From the NCBI GenBank assembly GCA_002498525.1, contig DAHR01000005.1, positions 42,478 to 106,477 of the forward strand: a stretch of DNA of 64,000 nucleotides, in the 5' to 3' direction. The notes beneath the pieces were generated by a model. That model was not told where the DNA came from, did no database searches, and saw only the letters and a program-made list of their open reading frames with translations. Shown one piece after another: positions 18,816 through 29,102 of this stretch. Numbering within the stretch: position 1 is the stretch's first letter; every line of letters starts with the position of its first letter. The translations under genes were made by a program, and so were the position numbers. This DNA comes from Euryarchaeota archaeon UBA58 (GTDB lineage: Archaea > Thermoplasmatota > Poseidoniia > Poseidoniales > Thalassarchaeaceae).

Positions 18816-18836
18816 AGGGGGAGAAACGCCCCCTCC
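18816..18836 (-). terminator. Hairpin plus pyrimidine tract after the giant surface-protein gene
   Basis: Minus strand GGAGGGGGC-GTTT-CTCCCCCT followed by TCTTCTTC, about 10 nt after the stop at 18847. Confidence 0.4.
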
Positions 18837-18846
18837 AACCTCATCC

Positions 18847-21800
18847 TCAGATTCGGAATCCTGACTCTTCATCAGAACCTTCATCGACGCCAGCAATGCG
18901 CTCCTGCCCCTCTGCGTCCACGAATGTGCCAGCCTTGACGACTGAGCCGTAGAGGCCCGACTCGTTGTCGGGGGTTCGATTGAGCATACCCTCGCCCAGA
19001 GCAGCGCTGATGTGACTGACTATCGACTCAAGCGCTCCGATCGCTCGATCACGCTGGTCGGCGCCAATCTCGTGATCCGAGTATCGTGCTTCCTCGAAGA
19101 GTGAGAAGAAGGTGTTGAGATCCTCTGGAGGTGCGATGCCAGAGAGCATGCTGTTGACCGCATCCTCGAACTCCCTCGTGGTTTCGTAGACCTTCTTCAT
19201 CGCGCCTCTGCCGCGGAAGAATCTGACCAATTCCTTGTAGCAGTTGAAAATCGTCGCGATGTACTCGTTCGATGCCTTGAGCGACATCAGCGAATCGGTC
19301 AGAATTCCTCGTAGAATCTCGATGCGTCGGCGCTCGACGTAATTTCGATACATTATCGCACCGATGAGCGCAGCGAAGGCGAGTGCGATGCCGAGGATGG
19401 TGAAGACCTGGAGAGTCCAGAAATCCGTCTGACCGAGAGTGATCGGTTCACCGAGGAAGATCGATGGAGTGTTGTTGAGGTACTCCTCTTCAAACTCGTG
19501 TGAGCCCTCGAAGTGGATCATGACCCGCCATTCTCCTTTCACAGCGCAGGGCCCTCCATCTTCGCATGGGTCCTTACCCACGAGGTCCGTGCCAGAATAA
19601 AGGAAGCTGAATGCAGCGACCCCCTTCTCGTCAGTCGTCGCGATTTTATACTCAAAGAGGACCCATGCGGATCCATTCCAGTACTGGTATCTGAAAATCA
19701 CCGTCTGATGCTCCACAGCGATATCCATTCGATCGCGTAGAATAGCCACTGAACCAGTGACGTTGCCCCCTACTTGGTAACCGTCGGGATTGGACCAGTG
19801 ATTCTTCAGCAGGATGTCGACGCGGCTGCGTACCAGCACTTCGACATCGATGTACGAGCCGTTGACCACTGGAGTGGTCTCGGCTCGACAACCGCCTGGA
19901 AGCTCCTTGTTCGGTTCGTATGCGATTCGAACGATTCGGAAGCCTTCCATCTTGTCCGAAGTCGGCTCGACACCGCGGCGGCTCGGATTGTCATCCGGGT
20001 CGCCGCTGAACCATTCTATCTCGCCAGTGCCATCGCGGGTGATCGCGGTGGCGACCGGGCGAGTGTTCGTTGCAGGATCGAGGTAGATGTTGAGGCACTT
20101 TCCACCGATCGGGTTGCCGTTGGTCTGCGACAGACGAGCATCGAGGTGGAATGATTCCTTGAGGTAGAGCACGGGGAATACCGAACCGTTCTGGAAGGAG
20201 TATGTGTCGACGTCGTTGCGGAACGGCCCAATCTCCTGCAGTTGCAGCGTCGAATTCGAGAAGACTGGGAAGAGTCGGGTGACGCTGGCGTTGTGGTAGC
20301 GGTAACGGTCGTTGTTCTCGTAGGAGTTGAATTCGATCTTGACTCTCGCCTGGCCGGCCGCTACGCCACTCAGCGGACAGGTAATCTCGAAGAATCCATC
20401 GACGTTGGTGGCGCCTGGCAGGCAGGCGACGATGCCGGTCTCCGAACCGACCATCTCGTAGGTGACGCGCACGGCGCGGTTCGATAGATTGGAACCGAGT
20501 TCATCGACGAGTTGGCCAGTGACGGTCATCGGCTTCTCGATCGGTTGACCCGTCGTCGGGTCGATCTCGGATGTGTAGACGATCTGATCGTCGACATTGA
20601 GATTGGTTCTGCCAATCAGACTGTAGCCATCGACCTGGAACTGCATCACTCGTCGGTAATGGTCGCTGTTGACGGTCTGGGCGCATGGATCCCATGCCCC
20701 CGAAGTATGGAGATTATCGTCGCTGAGAGGTTCACAACCCTCGTGAGGGAGGTTCTCCTCGAAGCGCAGTACCACGTTCACAGGGCCGAATCCATCCGGC
20801 AGGAAGGATTGTGGGTCATCGCGCAGGAGTTGTGGGTCGAGGATCATCTCGTAGTGTATCGAGCCGGCGTTGGGGCAAAGAGTCTCGACGATCTGCCGGT
20901 GAGTCCGGTCTTCGAAGTCTGTCCCTTCCATAATCAAGAGGACTTCGCCACCATTCTCGGCGCAACCATCGAGGGCTTGACCTGAATCCTTGATCAGAGC
21001 CGTGCGATTATCGTCGGTGACTTGGGCAGTGAATTCCCATATATCGCCGCTCGAACGGATGTTCGGCGTCGTACCCTGCAGACTGATGTAGGTTCTCGAC
21101 ACGACCCAGAGATGCATCTCGCCAGCAGTGCCGTGTCGCAACGGGTCGCCAGGATATGCGTAAGTCAGAGTGAAATTGCCCAGTTCATGACTGGGCTCGA
21201 TTGTCAGATTGACCGTGAAATAACCCAGGTTGTCGGTCTCGGCGATGCCGTTTGAGCCATCTGCGGACCACAAGAAATTGACTTGAGCGCTGCGCACAGG
21301 TTGCAGTGCATTGTCGAGCAACCGCACATCTATGGTGCGATTCTGACCGCGATAGAGGCGCGGTTGGAATTGCTCCTGGAAGCTCGTCGTACCGATCACG
21401 GAGACGTTGAGGTAGGCTCCGGTAGGTGCGAGGACCGAGGTCTGGTTTCCGGTGAAGTAGAAGTTAGAGTTGGTGAAATCGGCGCGGATTCCGTAGTGAC
21501 CTGCTGGATACTGAGAATACCAAGTCCAATTGTAATCGAAGGTCGCGACGCCATCGATCATCTGTGGCGCGCGCGCGTATCCAGTCTCTTGAGAGCCGGC
21601 GAAGATGCCGTTGTGATCGATGTCGATCTGCAGCGTCATTGGATCGTGTGGCCATGGCACCAGAGTTCGGTTCCAGACGCTGCCAATGACTCGAAGTGTC
21701 TCGCCAGTGAACATCTCAGGAATGATCTCACAACGGACTTTGCTATCGGGATCGGTGGCATCGATGGGTCCACATGGTGGCACGTTGAAGTCGCCACCAT

Positions 21801-24800
21801 TCTGCATTCCGATTCGCCAATGGGTGTCGTTTGAAGACAAGAATGGTCGTAATCGAGCAGACTCGCCTGTCAATCCCTCGACCGTGCCGTCCCACAGCAT
21901 CGCATTCTGCTTGCCGAGGCTGACATCAGCATAATCGAGGCCGGCAGCGGCCAGCGACGGTGCGTGGAAGAGGGCTCTCCAGGCTCCAAAGGAGGAGCCG
22001 GTGAATTGGGTCGTGTCGTAGAAGTAGACTGGTCGGACTGAAGGCGTGTACATGTCCGCTTCGATGTACATGCGGTGCATCGAGCGAATCACGAACGACT
22101 CGGTCTCCGCACCTTCGAGATATGGGAATGGCCATTCGTCGCCGAGATCCGGTCTCGAGAAGCCGATGAATGCGTAATCGCCGATTGGCAGGCTGGTGTT
22201 GGTGTAATCGTAACGGCCGAGCACATGGTGCTTCTTGGCATTGTCATCCCAGACGATTTCCTCATATCCACCGGGTAACCTTCCGACGCCATTGTCCATA
22301 GTCGAATTCCATTGAACCTGTTTCCACTGACCTTGCGCACCGGCGGTCTGGACGAATGTCAACGAGACCCAGCCGCCTGTATCTGCGCGGTAGCCGTAGC
22401 CGTAGCCGTCGAAATTGGTCGGATGGGTTCGGTTGCCGAAGGGGCCGCCGCTGACGGTGAATGAGACTGGAGCGTGAGCGATTCTGTTGTCGAAGAATCC
22501 ACGATCCCAGTCAGCAGTATAATGGACCTTGTAATCGACGAAGAGTGGCTGTTCATCGCTTCGGAAATAAGTCCAAGCGACATAATCGAGAGTCGTGTTC
22601 GCACGAATCTCGACAGGAACCGGTTCGGTCTGCGATCCGTCATGGATGAACATCTCTGTGACCTCCGCGTAGACGTTATAGGTGGTGTTTGGACCGACTT
22701 TGAGGTCCTCGGGGAGCAGGAACTGGCCTACTACGAAGGCGCCTGCTGCGTCGGTCAGGACATCGACGGTCTCGAGAGCGAGTGTGCCGTTGCGAGCCCA
22801 TTCGATGGTGATTTGAACCGGCAGGTTGGGGGCTGGCTCGAAGACTCCAGTATCCGGATTGAGCCAATTCACAGCACCTCTGAAGGTGGCTGGGAATTGT
22901 GCATCGAGCCAGAGCACCTCAGGCATCGTCAGATTGATTCTCGTAGGAATCTTATCATCCTCGTCGAGGATTCCGTCGTTGTCGGAATCCCAGTCAGAGG
23001 TGTTCGAGTAATCTTCCTCCAAATGGTCCCAATCGCGGTCGGGTCGCTGATCTGCGTCGTCGTCCTCATCGATTGCGTCCGGACCAGTGAATGGGTCGCT
23101 TGGGTCTGCGATTCCTGAGCCATTTCCGAAATCATCGTGATCCCAAGGATTCGTAGACTGTTGACCGAAACGAGAGGGCCAGAGCATGATCTCGTCCTTG
23201 TCAAGCATACCGTCAGCATCGTCATCGAGGTCAACGTCGTCGCGCAGACCATCGTTATCGTGGTCCCAAGGAGAGATCAGTGGTGTCGCAGTCGCCAATT
23301 CCAGAGTATTGACGATCCCGTCGCCATCCCAGTCATCGTCAGCCCAATCAAGCACGCCATCGTTATCGTGATCCCAGACACTCTGCTCCTCACCGACGAA
23401 ACACAGAGTCTCCTGGACGATATCCAAAATGCCGTTGTTATCGTCGTCAGGATCCTCACCATCTGGTACACCATCGTTGTCGTTGTCGACGTCGTAATAT
23501 CGCGGAAACAAGAGACCTTGGCCTAGAATTCCCTTATCCCAGACGGCTTGGAACCAGCCGTCACCATCGGGATCAGTGTCGGTGCCGTCGTCGTCATTGT
23601 CGACGCAATTAGTGCCGGTGAAGAAATTGCCTGGCGGCTCGGTATTCGCATCGTCATCCCAGTCATCGTCGCTATCGATTTCGAAGTAATCCCACACCCC
23701 ATCGCCGTCATCGTCGACATCCCAATGATCGTAAACACCGTCAAAGTCGTCGTCGAGATCGGCCGTATCATTGACCATGCATGAAGGATTCATGTTTCCA
23801 GCAATCGGTGCCCCGCAATCGTCGTCGGGATCGACATCGTTGTTCAGCAGGTCGGCGACTTCGTCAGGGAAGAGATTGGCATTGCTGTCTGAGACCCATT
23901 GGAACAATCCGTAGTTGATGCCGACATAAGCCGTCCAGAGATCACGATTGTCCTTCATCTGATTGTAATTCACAGCAGAACTGGGCCCAGCATCACCCGG
24001 TCCGAGGAAGTCGAAGTGGAAGCAATTCTGCTGACAGGTCCAAGCGCCCTGAGAATTGCTGCCATTGTAAGGTCCGTCATCGTGCTCGATGTCAGGGCGC
24101 GATGAATAAGGTAGTGTGTAAATAATCTGGCCGGTGCGAGAGGTTCTTTGTAGCGGATATCCGAAAAGCCAGGCGTAAGCTAAACCACACGCCTGATCGG
24201 ATTGAACATCATCGAAGATACCGAGAATGAAGACGAAGGACTTGCCGCACTCGTTATTATCGAACGATCCGCCCTTTCCGGGGTCATTCACATCGAGTAT
24301 TCCGTCGTTGCCCTCGTCCTGGTCCCACCAGTCCGGCAAACCGTCGCCGTCTTGGTCGACATCGATTCCATTCACCAGAGAATCGCCATCCATGTCGATG
24401 TCCCAGTAATTATCGCCATTCCACGGACTCCAGCGCATCAATACATGCCAGTACATCTCAGGAATCTGACCGTTGGTCATCGGCAGCGTCGTGTCGTCGA
24501 AACCATTGTGGGGATAGACGAATCCTTGGTCAATCGTGAACGGATTGAAGAACCAAAACATCTCCCAATGTGTGCTCTCCAGCACAGTCCAGAGAGCACT
24601 GTCATCAGAGCCGTCGATTATATCACCGTCGCCGTGGGAATAGCCATTCCACCAAGCAAATTGATCGGTCGCGTCTGAGTCGACTACGCCGCAGTTTCCA
24701 TCGTCGGGATCGTAGTAATCGGGGATTCCGTCGTTGTCGTCATCCCAATCCACGTCGTTGGCCAAACCATCTCCATCAATGTCGGTGTCGATGTCGTTAG

Positions 24801-26811
24801 GTCCGTCGTCGCGGTATCTTGAACCATTCAGAAGATGTAGATCGTTGTCGTCGTCAAGGTCGCAATTCGGGTCAATGTCCAGCCAATCGAGGATTCCGTC
24901 GTTATCGTCATCGACGTCCTCCCAATTGTTTATTCCATCGCCATCCCAGTCGTTATTACCGGTGTACGACTTACGCATCACCGTACAATTCATATGGGGA
25001 TTCTGTGGATTGGGATTGGTGATTGTAGGGCAGTCCCATGCGGCCACTTGGTCTTCGGTGGAAAGCATGAATGGGTCTTCCTCATTCAGTAAGCCATCGT
25101 TGTCAAGGTCGTAAGGCAAATCGTTTGAGTCGAACCGAGGAGCGCCGATTGGGTTGTCCGCTTCTCCTAAGCTCAGAGCCCCCATATCTTCGTCCATCCA
25201 GTCCCAGACCAGATCATAATCCTGATCGATAGCACGATAACGGTCATCGTCGAGATCACGGTCATAATCGATTTCGCAATCGCGACCAGGAATCTGGATG
25301 GCGAATTCATTGGGATAATCACCCACACCATCGCCATTGGTGTCGAGTTGCATGCACTCATCGGGAATTCCATCGTTGTCATCATCGGGGTCGTACATGT
25401 CCAACAAGCCATCGTTATCGTCGTCGGTGTCGGCTGAATCGGGTGTTCCATCATTGTCATTGTCTGGATCTAGGAAGTTTGGTATTCCATCGCCATCGAG
25501 GTCTCCGTCAAAAATTTCAGTGAATGATTGATTGCGAGGGTGCCAGCCGGCTTCAAGAGCGACGAAATCGACTCCGCCGATGTATTCTGAATAGGTGTTA
25601 CTCGATGTGCTCGTTGCCTGAACTGTGATTGTCGCAGTCATCGCGGGGTGGATGGTGCAGGAATAACCGAAACTCGCCGCATCAGCGAATGTGAAACTCC
25701 AGGATGCGCCAGGCGCAATGACGCCACTGTCGAAAGCGCCGATGTCGGAAGTCACAGTATGGTCTTGAGTGTCGGTGTTGGTCCAGACCACTGTGTCGCC
25801 AACGTTGATGGTTAGGCTGCGAGCACTGTAAGCGCCTGACTGGATGTTGATATTGTGAGTCTGGGCTGAAACCCAAACATACGCTGCATCCCAGAGGGGT
25901 GCGGTGTCTGTGATATTGGTTGTCACCGAAGCATCCCAAGGATGTGAATCCCAGATATCCTCGACGCCGTCGTTGTCATCGTCGATGTCGAAATAATCCA
26001 TCGCACCGTCGCCATCGAAATCGCAAGGCCAGGTGAACTGGTCGATGCGGGCATCGTTGTCGTCGTCCTCATCATAGGAGCCACGACCACTGCCGTCGAT
26101 GTCCTCATCGGGGACGCCGTCATTGTCGTGATCCATCGGGTTCTGATCGACACGGTATCCCGTGCCGACAGCAAAGCCGGTCCATGGGTGGACGGTATTC
26201 GGTTCGAGATAGCGGTCAGCGCTGACATTCCAAGGGTCAGCCCCCTGGGTGTAGTCAATCGGTCCTTCGAGAATGCCGTCGTTGTCGTCATCCCAATCCT
26301 GCTCGTCCAGAATGCCATCATTGTCATGGTCGAAGGGATCGGTTCCATAGCAACCGTCGAACCGCTCGATTAGATCGCTGATGCCGTCATTGTCATCATC
26401 GAGGTCATCGAGATCACCGATACCATCATTGTCGTGATCCTCGGTGTTGGTCTCCTCGAGGAAGAAGCCATAACCAGGGTTGGTCAGAAGCACGGATGGG
26501 TCGGATATCTTGCCTGAATAGGAAGCTGGGTCGACCCATCGGGGGTCGGTGAATGCAGGGTGGTTGTATGCCATCTCTGTAGCAGGCTGTCCCTGTGTAG
26601 CCCCTGCGGTCTGTCCTTCGGACTGGTAGAACTGCTGATAGGCGGTTCGTGCAGAAGCCTCTCCGACATCTGCGAGATTTTGGCTCGATTCCTCGCGATC
26701 AAGGAAATTATACATCTGGGTACTCAGTACCAACAGCATGACCATGAGAATTGCCGTGCTACTCTTCTTTCTTCCATCGTGACTGTACCAAGTCTGTGTC
26801 AGTTCGTTCAT
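18847..26811 (-). CDS. Giant (about 2654 aa) membrane-anchored surface protein: Ca-binding DxDxDG/TSP3-like repeats, cupredoxin domain, Ig-like stalk, TM helix, DUF4129-like cytoplasmic domain
   Basis: N-terminal hydrophobic segment; dozens of DDDNDG/WDHDNDG repeats; cupredoxin at about 25620-25860; TM FTILGIALAFAALIGAIMY; ETTREF...FEEARYS. Confidence 0.85.
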   Translation of the reverse strand: MNELTQTWYSHDGRKKSSTAILMVMLLVLSTQMYNFLDREESSQNLADVGEASARTAYQQFYQSEGQTAGATQGQPATEMAYNHPAFTDPRWVDPASYSGKISDPSVLLTNPGYGFFLEETNTEDHDNDGIGDLDDLDDDNDGISDLIERFDGCYGTDPFDHDNDGILDEQDWDDDNDGILEGPIDYTQGADPWNVSADRYLEPNTVHPWTGFAVGTGYRVDQNPMDHDNDGVPDEDIDGSGRGSYDEDDDNDARIDQFTWPCDFDGDGAMDYFDIDDDNDGVEDIWDSHPWDASVTTNITDTAPLWDAAYVWVSAQTHNINIQSGAYSARSLTINVGDTVVWTNTDTQDHTVTSDIGAFDSGVIAPGASWSFTFADAASFGYSCTIHPAMTATITVQATSTSSNTYSEYIGGVDFVALEAGWHPRNQSFTEIFDGDLDGDGIPNFLDPDNDNDGTPDSADTDDDNDGLLDMYDPDDDNDGIPDECMQLDTNGDGVGDYPNEFAIQIPGRDCEIDYDRDLDDDRYRAIDQDYDLVWDWMDEDMGALSLGEADNPIGAPRFDSNDLPYDLDNDGLLNEEDPFMLSTEDQVAAWDCPTITNPNPQNPHMNCTVMRKSYTGNNDWDGDGINNWEDVDDDNDGILDWLDIDPNCDLDDDNDLHLLNGSRYRDDGPNDIDTDIDGDGLANDVDWDDDNDGIPDYYDPDDGNCGVVDSDATDQFAWWNGYSHGDGDIIDGSDDSALWTVLESTHWEMFWFFNPFTIDQGFVYPHNGFDDTTLPMTNGQIPEMYWHVLMRWSPWNGDNYWDIDMDGDSLVNGIDVDQDGDGLPDWWDQDEGNDGILDVNDPGKGGSFDNNECGKSFVFILGIFDDVQSDQACGLAYAWLFGYPLQRTSRTGQIIYTLPYSSRPDIEHDDGPYNGSNSQGAWTCQQNCFHFDFLGPGDAGPSSAVNYNQMKDNRDLWTAYVGINYGLFQWVSDSNANLFPDEVADLLNNDVDPDDDCGAPIAGNMNPSCMVNDTADLDDDFDGVYDHWDVDDDGDGVWDYFEIDSDDDWDDDANTEPPGNFFTGTNCVDNDDDGTDTDPDGDGWFQAVWDKGILGQGLLFPRYYDVDNDNDGVPDGEDPDDDNNGILDIVQETLCFVGEEQSVWDHDNDGVLDWADDDWDGDGIVNTLELATATPLISPWDHDNDGLRDDVDLDDDADGMLDKDEIMLWPSRFGQQSTNPWDHDDFGNGSGIADPSDPFTGPDAIDEDDDADQRPDRDWDHLEEDYSNTSDWDSDNDGILDEDDKIPTRINLTMPEVLWLDAQFPATFRGAVNWLNPDTGVFEPAPNLPVQITIEWARNGTLALETVDVLTDAAGAFVVGQFLLPEDLKVGPNTTYNVYAEVTEMFIHDGSQTEPVPVEIRANTTLDYVAWTYFRSDEQPLFVDYKVHYTADWDRGFFDNRIAHAPVSFTVSGGPFGNRTHPTNFDGYGYGYRADTGGWVSLTFVQTAGAQGQWKQVQWNSTMDNGVGRLPGGYEEIVWDDNAKKHHVLGRYDYTNTSLPIGDYAFIGFSRPDLGDEWPFPYLEGAETESFVIRSMHRMYIEADMYTPSVRPVYFYDTTQFTGSSFGAWRALFHAPSLAAAGLDYADVSLGKQNAMLWDGTVEGLTGESARLRPFLSSNDTHWRIGMQNGGDFNVPPCGPIDATDPDSKVRCEIIPEMFTGETLRVIGSVWNRTLVPWPHDPMTLQIDIDHNGIFAGSQETGYARAPQMIDGVATFDYNWTWYSQYPAGHYGIRADFTNSNFYFTGNQTSVLAPTGAYLNVSVIGTTSFQEQFQPRLYRGQNRTIDVRLLDNALQPVRSAQVNFLWSADGSNGIAETDNLGYFTVNLTIEPSHELGNFTLTYAYPGDPLRHGTAGEMHLWVVSRTYISLQGTTPNIRSSGDIWEFTAQVTDDNRTALIKDSGQALDGCAENGGEVLLIMEGTDFEDRTHRQIVETLCPNAGSIHYEMILDPQLLRDDPQSFLPDGFGPVNVVLRFEENLPHEGCEPLSDDNLHTSGAWDPCAQTVNSDHYRRVMQFQVDGYSLIGRTNLNVDDQIVYTSEIDPTTGQPIEKPMTVTGQLVDELGSNLSNRAVRVTYEMVGSETGIVACLPGATNVDGFFEITCPLSGVAAGQARVKIEFNSYENNDRYRYHNASVTRLFPVFSNSTLQLQEIGPFRNDVDTYSFQNGSVFPVLYLKESFHLDARLSQTNGNPIGGKCLNIYLDPATNTRPVATAITRDGTGEIEWFSGDPDDNPSRRGVEPTSDKMEGFRIVRIAYEPNKELPGGCRAETTPVVNGSYIDVEVLVRSRVDILLKNHWSNPDGYQVGGNVTGSVAILRDRMDIAVEHQTVIFRYQYWNGSAWVLFEYKIATTDEKGVAAFSFLYSGTDLVGKDPCEDGGPCAVKGEWRVMIHFEGSHEFEEEYLNNTPSIFLGEPITLGQTDFWTLQVFTILGIALAFAALIGAIMYRNYVERRRIEILRGILTDSLMSLKASNEYIATIFNCYKELVRFFRGRGAMKKVYETTREFEDAVNSMLSGIAPPEDLNTFFSLFEEARYSDHEIGADQRDRAIGALESIVSHISAALGEGMLNRTPDNESGLYGSVVKAGTFVDAEGQERIAGVDEGSDEESGFRI

Positions 26812-27071
26812 TAAGACCACCGAAGTGCTCGGGCACCTTCGTCGAACTTATGAACGGAACCCCTCGTATGTGCGCGAGCGTATCACGCGAGCCTATCCGT
26901 ATCACATTCCATGCAATTCACGCTCCAAATCACAGTGGCTCCATGCCATCAACGCTCCACACCGTTCTCGATTCGATGCACTCGAGTTTGCGGTTTCTCT
27001 TCGAATTAAAGACTGACTCAGATATTGTGCTGCCCCTGAATTGAAAAGTGTGTGTTCATTGGCGAGCCTCG

Positions 27072-27452
27072 ATGACGCCTATCCGCTGGGTTCTTCGCGC
27101 GAAGATTCACCGGGCAGTCGTGACTCAGGCCGACTTGGATTATGTCGGATCAATCTCAATCGATGAGGACCTTCTGGATGCGGCTGGCATCGTCGAGTGG
27201 GAGAAGGTCGGCGTCCTCGATGTGACCAATGGTGTACGGCTCGAGACCTACGCGATCAAGGCACCACGCGGCTCTGGAGAAATCGGCATCAATGGTGCTG
27301 CTGCGCACCTCATTCACCCGGGTGACTTGGTGATTCTCGTGACTTACCAAGGAGTTGAGGAAGGCGAAATCGACTCCCATGAACCACGCATCGTCCACGT
27401 CGATTCGAATAATCGCATCACTGGACTGGTCAGCACTGAATCGAATTACTGA
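27072..27452 (+). CDS. panD: Aspartate 1-decarboxylase (pyruvoyl-dependent)
   Basis: [20 protein letters not shown] (G-S self-cleavage site), [15 protein letters not shown]. Confidence 0.95.
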   Translation: MTPIRWVLRAKIHRAVVTQADLDYVGSISIDEDLLDAAGIVEWEKVGVLDVTNGVRLETYAIKAPRGSGEIGINGAAAHLIHPGDLVILVTYQGVEEGEIDSHEPRIVHVDSNNRITGLVSTESNY

Positions 27453-27484
27453 TCCATAGCGAATTCAGGACTCTTCGCACTGAT

Positions 27485-27919
27485 TCAGACTCTGTGATAC
27501 GGCGAACCCTTGATGATCATACAGGCTCTGTACAGCTGCTCGAGCAGAACCACTGCAGCCAACTCATGTGGAAAAGTGATCAGACCGAGCGAAAGAGAAT
27601 GCATGCCATCACTGTGTTCAGCGAATCCACCGGGGGGTCCTACAACAAGGTGGATATCGTCACTGGACAGACGCCACTCTTTCATCTTCTCAGCATAGCC
27701 CATGCTGTCGATGACCTCGCCCTTCTCTTCGAGAATTATCACCGAGGCTGCTCCGGACTTCTCGACTATCGATTTCAGATAGGGGCCTGGTTCGGTGCGA
27801 TTTCGGTGCTCGATCAACTGCACGCCGTCTCCTGCGAGCCTGTTGGCATAATCGGAGATGGCGATGCGGAAGGCGGCATCTCGAGCTCGCCCATGCAGGT
27901 GGACGTTGATGCGCCCCAT
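27485..27919 (-). CDS. rlmH: RlmH-like SPOUT rRNA methyltransferase
   Basis: VGPPGGF, SLG.ITFPHELAAVVLLEQLYRA..I.KGSPYH. Confidence 0.85.
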   Translation of the reverse strand: MGRINVHLHGRARDAAFRIAISDYANRLAGDGVQLIEHRNRTEPGPYLKSIVEKSGAASVIILEEKGEVIDSMGYAEKMKEWRLSSDDIHLVVGPPGGFAEHSDGMHSLSLGLITFPHELAAVVLLEQLYRACMIIKGSPYHRV

Positions 27920-28023
27920 GCATTTGCGAGAGCGAGGAGTGTAATGATAGATTCGCAAGCCGACTTGCTGGCTCATTCGCAAGCATCAAGCGTGAGGGCA
28001 CCGGCGCTGCGATTGGGATTTGC

Positions 28024-28347
28024 ATGAGCTGGTGGCCTTTCAAACGCAAGTCCAAGCCGTTTCAAGAAGATCCGCACATACGTGGAACCCAAGTCTGGTT
28101 GCAGGATCTGCGCGAAGTATGTGAGCGCAACTTCGATAATCCAACTGAAGGTCAACGAATGGTTCGAGAATTGCAGGTCGAGTGGACCGCTGCCAATGCC
28201 AGAGAGGAGGTCGATGAAGCACTCCTCGCGGGATTGAATCGACGAACGTTGCGCCTTCTTCGAGCGGATGTGGATGAATGGCTGAAATGGCTCGATGATG
28301 ATGATTTCTGGAAACCAGGATGGCGAGATGAACCGCGAGAGGAGTGA
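28024..28347 (+). CDS. Hypothetical protein
   Basis: 107-aa ORF overlapping the next gene by 4 nt. Confidence 0.65.
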   Translation: MSWWPFKRKSKPFQEDPHIRGTQVWLQDLREVCERNFDNPTEGQRMVRELQVEWTAANAREEVDEALLAGLNRRTLRLLRADVDEWLKWLDDDDFWKPGWRDEPREE

Positions 28348-29072
28348 TTCAGATGTGGTTCTGGATCCTTCTCTTTCTGTCTACGGGTTTCGTCGTTCTC
28401 TATTACTCGCGGATTCAGCCATTCACCGAGATCAGCGGTAGATTCGCCGTAATCCTGATGCTGATTGGAATCACAATGTGGATCTCATCGACCGCCGCGC
28501 GACCGACTGCGGCTGCCGTCGCGCCGACAGTGGCTGCGGCTGTCGGTGGAATCGCCGTCATCAGCGGCGTGATTCACATGGCTGTGCTGCGTGATGATGT
28601 GGTCATCGCCCCCTTTGGGGGCGTATTGCTCTGCATGGGTGCGCTGAGCCTGATGGGTGAAAGATGGCCGATGATGTCTCAAACCGAGCAGATCGGCTCA
28701 TTCATCCTCGCCTCGGTCATCGTGTTGTTGGAGATTTATCTGGCCTTCCGAGGACTCGTCGTCGGTGTTCAGGGCATCACTTGGTCGAAATCAGGCCTAC
28801 GTCAGGTCAACCGCGGACTCCTGCGAGGACCACGCGGGGCGATCTCCCACTTCGAGCGTTCTTGGGACATGGACGACCCTTGGCTCAATGCGATGAGTCA
28901 CGCGGCCCTCGCGCTCATCCATCGTCACCTCGGAGATTCAGCCTCTGAGAAGGAACACCTGGCCGAACTCGAGAGCGGGGGTGGCTGGGAGTCGGTCGAC
29001 GAGACTTGGGTGAAGGCGATCGAGGCTGGATTGTCACACCTGAAAGCGACTCCACGCGGCGGGGACGATTGA
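28344..29072 (+). CDS. Hypothetical membrane protein (about 5 TM plus helical C-terminus)
   Basis: Multiple hydrophobic segments; operonic coupling. Confidence 0.7.
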   Translation: MIQMWFWILLFLSTGFVVLYYSRIQPFTEISGRFAVILMLIGITMWISSTAARPTAAAVAPTVAAAVGGIAVISGVIHMAVLRDDVVIAPFGGVLLCMGALSLMGERWPMMSQTEQIGSFILASVIVLLEIYLAFRGLVVGVQGITWSKSGLRQVNRGLLRGPRGAISHFERSWDMDDPWLNAMSHAALALIHRHLGDSASEKEHLAELESGGGWESVDETWVKAIEAGLSHLKATPRGGDD

Positions 29073-29102
29073 TAGCAGCCGGCCCATTCGGAAGTTGATA
29101 CA

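Noticed and set aside
22960..26460. Repetitive gtcgtcatc-like DNA as a CRISPR or non-coding repeat array
   Set aside because: Explained by Asp-rich coding repeats; no constant repeat with unique spacers.
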